Positions 24,546 through 36,745 are shown, counted from the stretch's first letter. The stretch: DNA of 64,000 nucleotides from Guillardia theta CCMP2712 (GCF_000315625.1 NW_005434513.1:20381-84380); one strand, 5' to 3'. Numbers and translations: made by a program. Notes: generated by a model not told the origin, from the sequence alone.

Positions 24546-26257
24546 GTGCGGACAAGATGTTGCTGTGTAGCAGGATGACCGGCTTGCAGGATGAGGAGGT
24601 GGGGGCCGGGGGGTAGTTGGGTTTGTGCTAGTCAGATAGCACCAGAGCGTTTTATTGAGTTGAACTATCCAGTCGGGAGCATATGCTCGTGTGAACTTCA
24701 TACCTCTACTCTTCACCTTTGTGTGCGATCCAGCGGACTCCGAGTGCCTTGAGCACTCGCTACGGTAGACGTCTGCAGCCCGTGTAGCTTCGGGGGTACG
24801 GGTGGGGTCCCTCATCCTGATAGAAGGAGGAGCAGAAGCTCGTGAGGAGCGAGAGCTTGCGCGAGGGCCAGCGGGAGTCTGCCCGTACAGCAAGGAGCAC
24901 CAGACCTAGCCCTTGTCTCAGCCTGCAGGAGGATCAGCTGAGCTACAAGACTCTGTTCTCTCCTCTGAAGCCCTCAAGGTCTAGTGCAGCGATGGCTACC
25001 ATCTCCGATGTACTCTTTCACTCCCGGTCCTACTCGCAGCTCCTTAGCGCCGCCGGGCTGTCAGAGCTGCACAGGATACTCTACTCCCGTGTGAACCTGC
25101 TGAAAAGAACCACCTCTGGAGGTCTTTGTCGCAGGACTAGTGTACCCGTGGTGGTCAAGCTGAGAGGACGGGTTCTCTTTTCTACGAGAGAGCAAGGCTT
25201 CCTCTCCAAGTGCTGATGGGATGTTCAACTTCTGAGGAGAAAAGGTTGTCAACTTCCAAACAGAGGACCCCTGCATCCTTCAGCAAGGAGCACTACCCCT
25301 AGTCCTTCCCTTAGCCTATAGAGGATCAGCCTCTTCAGCTAGACGGGCTGTTCTGTCTTCATATTGTATGCCTCTGATCTAGCATCGCTAGTCAACTCGA
25401 CATCGCTACACTTCACCTCTTCATCTGATCCAGCGGAGGTGACTTGAGCATTCGCTCTAGACGTCTGCAACCCGTAAGGCTTCGGGGGGTGGCACGGGGC
25501 ATGCCGTCGGGTCGGCGTCAGGAGCTTCCTGGAGGCCCCTCTCCTCGCGTCATCGCAAGCAGAGTCGCCGCTACTGCCGTTGCTCCATCCGCGAGCAAGG
25601 CGGAAGGTGGTCGTGCTTATGCTTGCGCCTCGCCTCTCAGCATCAGTGTAGACACTGCAGTAGCAAGCCGAGCTGAAGACTCACTAGGGTCAAGAGCAGC
25701 ACATACTACAGTGCTACACCCACCTGGCTCCTGATTCAGCTACACTTTCCACACTGCTACCCACGGCATGGGAGTGGAACTACCCGGGTACGGCCCTGGA
25801 ACTGACTGTACACTGAGCACTCGGGACCTGCCGCCATAATCTTTCAGTAACCGCCGACACTCTATCCCAGACAAATCATGCAGCAAACACTACCACATAG
25901 CTCCTTCTTCTCCTCCTTCATCACCTCTCCAGGTGCTCCCTCCCTGCTATCCGCCCTCCCTGGATATCCTCGCTCACAAATCCAGCAGAGACCCTCCTAG
26001 AGGTCTCACGCGGACCTCCCTCATGTCGGTATGCCATGAGGAGCCACACCCTGGTGTTCAGTCTACCTTCCCTGTGCTCCTCTACTCCTCTGTGTCGTGA
26101 CTTTAGCTCCGTCTCGAGCGACTTGGACGGTCTTCTCGTCAAGGTGAGCTGTTGCTGTCCGCATGACCGTCATACCGTACAAGTCTATTCGTACTACTGG
26201 CCTCCACCTGCCCTGCCGTTTCTATTCGTTATTCTATTACCACCAAGAGGAGGCCTT

Positions 26258-26466
26258 CCTAGCCGTCTTGCTAAGGTCTTCTCATGTCTGGATGCTTGGG
26301 TTTCACATCCTAGCATACAGTCTATCTCTCATGTGCTTCTCAACCCCTGTTTCGTGTGCATTCAACTCGGTCTTGAGCAAAAACTGTCTTATTGCAGCTG
26401 AGGTCAACATGATATTTGCATTATTTCAGCATGGTAAAAGTCTAACAAACTCGTACTCCGTCACTC
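26258..26466. repeat. Dispersed repeat, partner of 8660-8890
   Basis: Direct reverse-complement similarity read by eye over ~200 bp with small indels. Confidence 0.85.
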
Positions 26467-26559
26467 CCTCCTGACCGCGATAAGTCCAAAAACAACCCCT
26501 ACCCATCTCCTCATCATGAAAGCCGGTCGTCCTGCTACACAGCAACATCTTGTCAGCGG

Positions 26560-28072
26560 ATGATCAGCTCCTCCCCTGCTGGTACCTGCTTTTCCCTCCC
26601 CCGCATCCCTTGCAGACTCATCTCATCCGCCCGTGCTCGCATATGCTCCTGCCCCCGCACTCCTGACATTCCGATCAGACCCGCCCGTGCTCGCATATGC
26701 TGCTGCCCCCATATCCCTTGCATCCCGATCGGACCCGCCCGTGCTCGCATATGCTCCTGCCCCCGCACTCCTTGCAGACCGATCGCTGTCGTGTGTGCTC
26801 GCATATGCTCCTGCCCCCGCATCCCTTCCATACCGATCTCATCCGCCCGTGCTCGCATATGCTCCTGCCCCCATATCCCTTGCAGACCGATCGGACCCGC
26901 CCGTGCTCGCATATGCTCCTGCCCCCGCAGCCCTTGCAGACCGATCGGACCCGCCCGTGCTCGCATATGCTGCTGCCGCCCCCGCAGCCCTTGCAGACCT
27001 ATCGCTGTCGCGTGTGCTCGCATATGCTGCCCCCCCCGCATCCCTTGGATCCCGATCGGACCCGCCCGTGCTCGCATATGCTCCTGCCCCCGCATCCCTT
27101 GCATCCCGATCAGACCCGCCCGTGCTCGCATATGCTCCTGCCCCCGCATCCCTTGCATACCGATCTCACCCGCCCGTGCTCGCATATGCTCCTGCCCCCG
27201 CATCCCTTGCAGACCGATCGGACCCGCCCGTGCTCGCATATGCTCCTGCCCCCGCACTCCTTGCATTTGGATCGCTGCCGCCCGTGCTCGCATATGCTGC
27301 TGCCCCCGCATCCCTTGCATCCCGATCTGACCCGCCCGTGCTCGCATATGCTGCTGCCCCCGCACTCCTTGCATTTGGATCGCTGCCGCCCGTGCTCGCA
27401 TATGCTGCTGCCCCCGCAGTCCTTGCATCCCGATCGCCGCCGCCCGTGCTCGCATATGCTGCTGCCCCCGCATCCCTTGCAGACCGATCGGATCCGACCG
27501 TGCTCGCATATGCTGCTGCCTCCGCATTCCTTGCATTTGGATCCCCGCCGCCCGTGCTCGCATATGCTCCTGCCCCCGCATCCCTTGCAGACCGATCGGA
27601 CCCGCCCGTGCTCGCATATGCTGCTGCCCCCGCATCCCTTGCATCCCGATCGCCGCCGCCCGTGCTCGCATATGCTGCCCCCCCCGCATCCCTTGCAGAC
27701 CGATCGCTGCCGCCCGTGCTCGCATATGCTGCCCCCCCCGCATCCCTTGCAGACCGATCGCCGCCGCCCGTGCTCGCATATGCTCCTGCCCCCGCATCCC
27801 TTGCAGACCGATCTGACCCGCCCGTGCTCGCATATGCTGCTGCCCCCGCACTCCTTGCATTTCGATCGCTGCCGCCCGTGCTCGCATATGCTGCTGCCCC
27901 CGCACTCCTTGCAGACCGATCGCTGCCGCCCGTGCTCGCATAGCTTTCTTCGTATTCGTTTGGTTTCCCTTTCTGCTTCAGATCTGCCCCCCTCCTTTTC
28001 TCTCTCTGTCTTCGTGTCTGCTCCCTCCAGCCTCCTCCTCTTGCTCGACCTGCTGCCTCCTACAGCCGACAT
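26560..28072 (-). CDS. CEHGR-repeat putative zinc-finger array protein, copy B (NLS + 15 intact repeats; TGA at 27110; ~10 decayed repeats downstream)
   Basis: MSAVGGSRSSKRRRLEG... followed by the same 18-aa repeat. In-frame TGA replaces the Arg codon at 27110 and ~26675. Confidence 0.85.
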
Positions 28073-29490
28073 GGCTCTGCTTCTGTGGTAGCTGCCCCCG
28101 TGTGTGGCAGCGCCCAACAACACAGTCCGCCTCAGAAATCACGGCTGCGGCAGCCCCCGGGCCCATCATATGGCAGTCCGGCGGCCCGGCGGCCAGGGCC
28201 GGGCGGGCCTGCCAGTGGCTCCGGGGCGGACTCGAGTCCGAGTCGAGTCGTGGCACCGGGCCGCGGCCCGGCCCGGCTCGAGACTGGACCGCCGGGGGGG
28301 CCGGGGAATCGAGACGGTGGCAGGAGGGGTTGATGTCAGTGATGCACTCGGATTCAAAGTTAACTTAACTGGCGGAGCAGTCACTCAATGAGGAGACTGG
28401 GGGACCGTACTTGTCCTGCGCGCAGACCGGCGGTACTAAGGGAAGGTATCAGTTAAGTTTGGGGGAACTTAACTTTCAGTTTGAGTAAAAGAGGAGACTC
28501 AGTGAGACTGTGAGAGGAGAGGCCCTTGAACGAACCTTTAACTAAATAATAAGTTAGAGGAAGGAACAGGAAAGAAAAATTGCCCACCAGACATTTTTTT
28601 TCATTTTTTATTTACCTGTTGGTTGGTCGATCGATCCATTTTTTTGGCGCCAAAAAAAGAAAGAGGGAGGTGGCAGACTGATGGGGTAGGGGTGCGAAAG
28701 AAAGATCTCGAAGGGTGGTGTGGGCCGAGAGACTGAGAGATAAGGTGGGGTAGTCAGTGGTTGTTGAAAGTTGAGGATCAGATGAATGCAAATATTTACT
28801 GGAGTGCTAATTATAGAAACTGCCATCTCAAGATGTAGACTTTAGAGAATCAATCATACACTGATTGACCAGGTAGGGTGGTGCCAATGATTGAAGAGGT
28901 AGGGTGGGTCTTTCTCAGTGGGGGTAGGGTGCAGGAGCGGGAATGCAAGAGGATGTGTTAGCCAGGAGGGGGCGATGGTAGGGAGGGAGAGGGATGGAAG
29001 GGAAGGGAGGAGAGGTAGAAGGGGAGACAAAGTTGAGTTGATGCTGGGAGGAGAGGAGAGGAGAGGAGAGGAGAGGATGCTGGGATGAGGAGGGGAGGAC
29101 ATGATGTGAGTGAATTCCACAGTGAAGACAAAGAAAAGAGCACTGGAGTAGGCCGGTACGAGTGCACGATGCCAGAATGATCGCTCGAGGAAGTGGGGCG
29201 ACGAGAAAAGATGCTCGGGAGAAGAGCATAGGTTACGACGCCTATGTTAGCAAGTTTATGTAAGAAGGATTGTCAAAAGAGGTGAGATTTTGCGAGAGCA
29301 GACAAAAACAGAAGGGAGGGGAGGGGCTAAGAAAGAGATAAGGAGGCGCGGGATCCAAAGGATACGATCCCTCTGGCAGTTTTGAGATGAACACGGACAG
29401 AGATATCGCATGGTTCCCGCTGTTTGGTTGGATTGACCCTGCCAGACGCCATGGAGTGTTTTTGACATTGGGGTACAGGTGTAGGCTACG

Positions 29491-32400
29491 ATGCACTGCT
29501 ATGTTGTGACAGCCCATAGGGCTAGTTGTGCACAACTCTCGGTTCGAGGAAGCTTCACCGGCCCCAAAGACACCAACCTCATCGTCGCCAAGGGATCGCG
29601 TCTGGTCATCTACACACTCACACCTGAGGGGCTCCAGCCGGTGCTGGACACTGGGATCTACGGCAGGATAGCAGCGATAGAACTCTACACTGTAGCCGGA
29701 GCAGAGCGAGAATCTCTGTACATCTTGACGGAGAGGCTCAAGTTCTGTATCGTGGAATATGATAGCAGTACTGGTGAGCTGATCACAAAGGCCATGGGTG
29801 ATGTTCAGGATTCAGTTGGGAGGCCGGTCGATGGTGGGCCCATAGCGCATATTGATCCTGAACGACGGATGATCGGCTTTCTGCTGTATGACGGACTTTT
29901 CAAAGTGATACCCATCGACACAAGGAACGGTCAACTTCGAGAGGCTTTCAACATCCGGCTTGAAGAGCTTCAGGTCCTCGACGTTCAGTTCCTGTACGGG
30001 TATGCGCAGCCAACTATCGTGCTGCTCTATCAGGATCCGAAAGAGATGAGACATTTGAAGACATACCAGGTGTCTATCAGAGACAAGGATTTCATTGCGG
30101 GGCCATGGAGTCAGACAGGAGTGGAGATTGGAGCCACCATGATCATTCCTGTGCCCACTCCCATTGGAGGATGCATCTTACTGGGCGAACAGACCATCTC
30201 GTATCTCAATGGAGATAAGGGAGACACCAAAACGATTCACATGGACATGACTGTCATCCGAGCTTGGGGAAAGATTGACGAGGACGGCAGACGGTATCTG
30301 CTGGGGGACCACCTTGGCCAATTGTATGTTTTGGTGTTGGAATTCGATGGAAACAAGGTTCTTGGTTTGAAGTTAGACACTCTTGGTGAAACATCCAGCG
30401 CTAAGACGATAACATACTTGGACAGCGGTGTAGTATTCATCGGCTCCTGCTTCGGAGATTCTCAATTGATCCGACTCCATCCAGACAAGGATGAAAATGA
30501 CAGCAATATCGAAGTCCTTGAATCTTTCACCAACCTTGGACCCATTCAGGATTTCTGCGTCGTCGACTTGGAGAGACAGGGTCAAGGACAGGTGGTGACA
30601 TGCAGCGGAACACTGAAAGATGGCAGCCTGCGTGTTGTGAGGAATGGGATCGGAATCAATGAGCAGGCAGCCGTGGAACTACCTGGAATCAAAGGACTTT
30701 GGTCTCTGAGAGAATCGATTGACGCTCAGTACGACAAGTACCTCATTCAGAGCTTCGTCAATGAGACTCGAGTGCTGGAAATCGCGGATGAAGAACTTTC
30801 AGAAACTGAAATCGACGGATTCGATCACAACGCCCAAACGATCTTCTGCAGCAATGTTCTTGGGGATTGCTTGCTGCAAATCACCGAAGTCAGCCTGAGA
30901 CTTGTTAGCACCAAATCGAAGCAGCTCCTGAAAGAGTGGTTTCCTCCAAATGGCGAGCGAATTACAGTGGCTGGTGGCAATGTACAGCAGGTTGTGCTTA
31001 CGTCTGGGAAACGCACTTTGATCTACCTCGATGTTTCTAATGGTGATGTCACCGAGGTGAAACGAATCGAGATGGATCAGGAGATTGCTTGCTTGAATTT
31101 GAATCCTCTTGGGGAAAAATCTGATCACAACAAGAGCGATTTTGTGGCAGTTGGACATTGGAATCTTTCGTTGTCAATGCTCAGACTCCCTTCCATGGAA
31201 GTCGTCTGCACTGAAAGCATCGGAGGGGATGCCATCCCAAGATCACTCCTCCTAGTCACCTTGGAAGGTGTTGACTACTTGCTCTGTGCTCTAGGAGACG
31301 GTTATCTGTTCACCTTTGCGATTGATGCTTCAACTGCTCAGATAGGAGAGCGAAAGAAAATCTCATTGGGAACTCACCCAATGATCCTCAGCAAGTTCAT
31401 GTCGAGAGGAGCAACACACGTCTTCGCTGCATCTGATCGACCCACAGTGATCTACAGCAACAACAGGAAGCTTCTGTTCTCCAATGTGAACCTCAAGGAG
31501 GTCACCCAAATGGCCCCGTTCAACTCAGAAGGATTTCCAGACTCGCTTGCAATCGCTACAGAGACGAGTCTCCGTATCGGTGTGATTGATGACATTCAAA
31601 AGCTTCATATTCGAACTGTATATCTAAGGGAACAACCAAGGTGAGGCGTCGTTATCCCAGATTGCGTTGTTGACAGTCCCACTTCCAGGCGGATTTGCCA
31701 CCAAGAATCATCCAAAACGTTCTGTGTTGCTACTCTCAGTATCAGGATCAATCGGGACGGAGAAGAAGTTGAGGAGCAGTTCATCAAGCTCTTCGATGAT
31801 CAGACTTTTGAGGTTTGAGTTGTGTGCGGATGAATCTGAAGCCTCCTCATTGTTCATCTTCAGATTCTTGACACGTACCAACTTCAAGAGTTCGAGAACA
31901 CTTGTAGCGTCGAATGCGCATCCTTTAGTGATGACCCAACTCTGTACTACATTGTTGGAACTGCGACTGCGGTACCACAGGTGGGACAGGCTCGAAGAAT
32001 TGTAGGTTGCAGCCTGACGGGTGGTAGGAGTCGGAGCCCAAGGAAGGAAGGCTGTTGGTATTCGAAGTGATCGATAGGAAATTGCACCTGAAAGCCTCCA
32101 AGGAGATCAAGGGGGCTCCCTATCAGGCAAGAATGGAAGTTGGGCCGGAAGCCCGTGACGGCTATGACAGATTAAACCGTTCAACGGAAAATTGCTGGCT
32201 GGGATCAACTCAAAGATCGAGCTCTTTCGCCTGTCCGACTCCGACACGGGTCACATGTAAGACTTGGAAGTCATGGAGCTTTCGTGGGTCTGACAGGTTG
32301 GGTCAGGGAACTTGTATCGGAGTGCTGTCATCGCGGCCACATCCTTGTGCTCTACCTTCAAACGCGCGGGGATTTTATCGTTGCGGGCGATCTGATGCGC

Positions 32401-33328
32401 TCAATCTCACTGCTCACCTACAAGCAAGTGGATGGTCAGATCGAGGAGATCGCGAGAGATTTCAATGCCAACTGGATGACTGCAGTGGACATCCTCGACG
32501 ACGACACATTTCTGGGTACTTGATTCGATGCGGCCTCTCAATGATTTGACAGACTGCTCAGGGGCCGAAGGATACTTCAACTTGTTCACAGTCAGAAAGA
32601 ACACAGATGCAACATCCGACGAAGAACGCGCGAGGCTTGAAGTAGTCGGCGAGTATCACCTGGGGGACATGGTGAACCGGTATGCTCCACATCGCCCTCT
32701 CGAACCTCCAATGGCTGCCCTCCATCCTGTCTATCCTGTTGCGTGAATTATGACAGTGACATCGCAGCTTCCAAAGGGGATCACTTGTTCTTCGAAGCAG
32801 TGACACGCCGACAACAGACACCATCATATTCGGCACAGGTCTCTTGCTCTGAGCGAAGAGATAGGGGAGGTGATGCCGAGTCGCAGTGAACGGGATGATC
32901 GGGGTCATTGCCGTGCTCTCCAAGGAGGAATACGAGTTCTTGCTCAAAGTAGGACGGGACAGCAAGTGTGACGTGCCTGACGATGGATGCGCAGGTGCAG
33001 GATGCGTTGAACTTCGTCATCAAGGGAGTTGGGGGCCTTCGACATGAAGACTGGCGATCCTTTGAGAACGAGCGGACGCAGGTGAGAGGGTCAGACTAGT
33101 TCAGCATCGTGTGACTTTCAAGTTGGCAGGGAGCGCGGGCACCCAAGGGCTTCATAGATGGAGACTTGATCGAGTCCTTCCTGGACCTGAGAAGAGAAAA
33201 GATGGAGGAGGTTTGACTTGTTTCTCGGCTCCTTGAGACTCACACCCTTCAAGGTCTGCCACGCCATCGGCAGCATCACAGTGGAAGAGCTCTCAAGGAA
33301 GATCGAAGAGCTGCAGAGGCTACACTAG
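29491..33328 (+). CDS. DDB1: DNA damage-binding protein 1 (CUL4 adaptor)
   Basis: MHCYVVTAH...[28 protein letters not shown]...[17 protein letters not shown]...[11 protein letters not shown]...[16 protein letters not shown]...[14 protein letters not shown]...IEELQRLH*. One 2.15-kb first exon followed by 11 short introns. Confidence 0.98.
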
Positions 33329-33543
33329 CGCATGAGCAAGGGACAATAAACGCAAGCGACGACAAGTGTGCGGTCTATCTTCTCACATCGATACACTCAT
33401 CAGGAAAGGACATGTTACAACATTTTATTTAATCCCTTTAGCTAACAGGGTTTAATTCACTCGGGACATGTACGTCCGTCCAAGACTCTCCAGTCCTGCT
33501 TACGACTTGTCAGATTGCTCGACTTCCCTTGGCTTCCAAGACA

Positions 33544-34425
33544 AGCAGAGCAACAAGTCGATCAGGAGGCATGTCCGCACTGGCTTAGAACGGCAGCCTT
33601 GCACAGAATCATAGTCGATCATTTGGGGAAAGAAGGTTTGCTCCTCACGCCGACAGCACCAACAGCATACACGCAGACAAGAAATTTCGTCACCTGTAGC
33701 GAAGGGAGCAAGGTCTTCGGGTCAAGGCCCTGCAGCAGGCAGTCAGGCAGGTTGCTGGGAGCAGGTGAGGAGGGAGGGGTGGAGGAGGGGAGATGGCTCA
33801 GACATCCAAGGAAGATAAGGCTCTCATAGAGTGCGACCCCGGCTAAAGGCTCTCACTCTAGAGGGGTCAACTGCGAATGTTGATGAGACGAAAAGTGTAT
33901 CGATCTTCGCCATGACATGTGTGGAGCAGTAAGACGGGCGGGCGGTACTAACCATTCTCATGCGGCCAACAACCCGACAGGAAGCTTCATGATCGACTGC
34001 AAGAGACGATTCAGACAAAGACACGGCGCGGGTGTGCATGTAGACTAGCAGAGCAACAAGTCGATCAGGAGGCATGTCCGCACTGGCTTAGAACGGCAGC
34101 CTTGCACAGAATCATAGTCGATCATTTGGGGAAAGAAGGTTTGCTCCTCACGCCGACAGCACCAACAGCATACACGCAGACAAAAGGTCAAGCAAAAATC
34201 ACCTCTATCTCAAGATTCCAAGCTTGCGACGGGAGCTCTTGACCTGAAGACGATACGGTCAGGGCCAGACTCAGGCGGGGTAGGAGGGAGGGGGAGGAGG
34301 GGAGATGGCTCAGACATCCAAGGAAGATAAGGCTCTCATAGAGTGCGACCCCGGCTAAAGGCTCTCACTCTAGAGGGGTCAACTGCGAATGTTGATGAGA
34401 CGAAAAGTGTATCGATCTTCGCCAT
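33544..34425. repeat. Local tandem duplication (two ~135-bp blocks each repeated at ~505-512 bp offset)
   Basis: 33544-33680 = 34047-34182 and 33781-33913 = 34293-34425, essentially identical. Confidence 0.9.
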
Positions 34426-35420
34426 CGTAGGGGAGGAACAGGGAGAAGGGGGGGAGAGGACGAGGAGGTAGTGTAACCCACCATCATCATGTTCGCTCTC
34501 GAGTTCCTGCGATCAACGAGGTCAGGCAAGTTCACGTGGGTTGACAAAGACAAGAGACAACAAGGTTGAGGTCAGGTGGTTGATCCTGATAACTTGTATC
34601 ATCATCAACGCATCAGAGAGATTCCCATCTTTTGTCATCGTCCCTCAACTCCCCACACGCATCAAACGCAGCTCAGCTCACCTCCAGCTGAGGCAGTCGA
34701 CGCGGCAGCTGACAAGTTCCCAACCTGCAGGGCCACATCAGCACGGGGCCATTGTAGTCAATCGGGGAGGGGGTGGGGGAGGAGTTCCGATCAGATAGGG
34801 AGTTTGGCATTTCCACTGTCTATCAACACCAAATAATTTTCTGCCTGGGGCGACAACTTCGGTCATCAGGTCGGAGTGGGAAGGAGGACACAAGGAAAGA
34901 GGCAGCAAACCGACCTTGAGCTGGACCCGACGAGGAGCAGAAACTCGGTATCTGTTGCAGTATATTGTCAGGGCACAGCAACACAAGAGGAGGAGGAGAG
35001 GAGGGTGGGCACGTGCGTCAGAATAAATTTACACACATTGAACAATCAGCATTCGGATGTCAGTCCGCCCGTTCGCTTATTTCATCAAACGCAGAGAGTG
35101 GGGTGGAGTAGGTGAGTTCCAAAGCTCCCCTAACCTTGTGCTTGCACCATGTACCGAGGGCACATCTGGCTCACTAGGAAACAAGCATGTCAACTAGGAA
35201 GAGAGCTGCGCAACATGGGGGGAGGAAGGGCAAAGAACTCAGATAAATCAAAGGACGGTAACTTCAAGATAGATCAGAAGCAGAACTGGCAGAATCCTTT
35301 CTTTCTTCACCGCTCGTTGCCAACAACAACACAGGGAACATCAGCACCTTGCTCTCTGAAAACCCAACCAGACAGAAGACTCCACTGTGAAAACAACAAA
35401 ATTGCCATCAGAGTAAGTGG
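34336..35420 (-). CDS. Possible multi-exon hypothetical gene
   Basis: Short exon-like pieces with GT/AG borders (VGNLSAAASTASAG; DGNLSDALMMIQ; ELESEHDD|VDPSRVRAFSRGRTL*). No family recognised. Confidence 0.3.
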
Positions 35421-35602
35421 GAGCAGGAGGTGAGGGAGAGGAGAAACAACTAGTGCGAGGCTCAGGCAAGTCTGGTGTAAAGTTGTAATCAACGCGCAAT
35501 CATAGTTTTGAGGATAGGTTGTCCTCACAGCCTCACGGACACAAACACATAGGGCATCAAGACAAGACAGCAGGGAGAATGCGATTTCACTCCTCACCTC
35601 TT

Positions 35603-36052
35603 TCACTTCTGTCCTGGAAGCTTGTTCGGATCCATGGTGACATGTCGCGTTGGGTCGATGTTCATTGCGTACTCCCCGTCTCCCTTCCGCTCTCCTTGCA
35701 CGATCTGATGTCTCAGCATCTCCTCTGCCTCGTCCACATCTTGCATCAGCTGCTTCAGCTTCTCTGGATCCGACACATTGCGGTTTTCAAGGAAGTATCT
35801 CCTCAGCTCCCTCCTTGACTCTGCGAGCATCAGCAGGTCGTTCCTGAAGACTAGCTCACGAGCTCGCATCAACCTGACAACAAGATCAGAAGACATGCAA
35901 GACGCACCATCCCCTCCTCTCCTCCCTGTTTTCACACCTCTCCCCCGCAACTCGCCTCCTCGCTCCTCGCTCCTCGCTCCTCTCTCCCTCCTCCTCCTCT
36001 CTCCTCTCTCCGCCTCCCTCCCTCACCTCCTGTACGCGGCTCGTGCAGCCAT
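35603..36052 (-). CDS. LYRM7: LYR-motif mitochondrial protein, complex III assembly factor LYRM7/MZM1-like
   Basis: MAARAAYRR|LMRARELVFRNDLLMLAESRRELRRYFLENRNVSDPEKLKQLMQDVDEAEEMLRHQIVQG. The AYR, F..D and LR..IVQG motifs match MZM1/LYRM7. Confidence 0.8.
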
Positions 36053-36745
36053 GGAGTCGATGCAGGGGAGGGAAGCTTCTCTTCTTTATTGCAAATCTGA
36101 GCCAGGTGGGTAGGAGGGGGGGTAGGGAATATTTCATCTGTATGGTAGGTAGGGTATATATCGTTAGTAGGGGTGGGTGATCTCCTCTAGAACACCTCGC
36201 ATTCTACTCTAAAATGTAGGGTGGGGTGATACAAAAGTGGGGGTATATTGTGACAGTACCGGTACATTACCAGCATCCTGGACGTCCGATTGGAAAGGGA
36301 GGTGGGGTAGGTCAGGTATCTGCACGTGCAAGGCACGAGGCTAAAATTAGTCAACCGCGACTGAAAGCCGCTCAGCTGGCCGACCGTAACTGGGTAGGCC
36401 GGGCCAGAGGCCGGGCCCGGGCCGGCTACCGTGCCCGGGGCCCGGTACGACTCTCAGAGATTGCACTCAGACTCGGAGCTGCGGGGCAGGAGAACTAACC
36501 GGCGTGTCGCAATCTACCACCTCTCTCTCTCTCTTGCTCCTTCGTATCTGCTCCCCAGCGACCTGAGGCGCCAGCAGCCGGCTGATCGCCGACCGTACCG
36601 GTCTTCCCCGGTACTAGGTGTGGGGGACGAGGTGAAAACAGCGCTCCAAGGCCACTGAGATCATTGATGAAGAATCTGGAGAGCCGGGGCAACGGGGTTG
36701 TGGAGCTCATGTCATCACCCAAAGAGCTCAGCACAAGTAGGAGAT

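Noticed and set aside
23151-28091. Long alternative-frame ORFs over the 54-bp arrays (MRARAGPIGMQG..., VLAYAAAPASLA..., CSHMLLPPHPL...)
   Set aside because: They are by-products of a stop-free repeat with a unit length divisible by 3. Only the CEHGR frame has a conserved start and NLS in both copies and a metal-ligand pattern.
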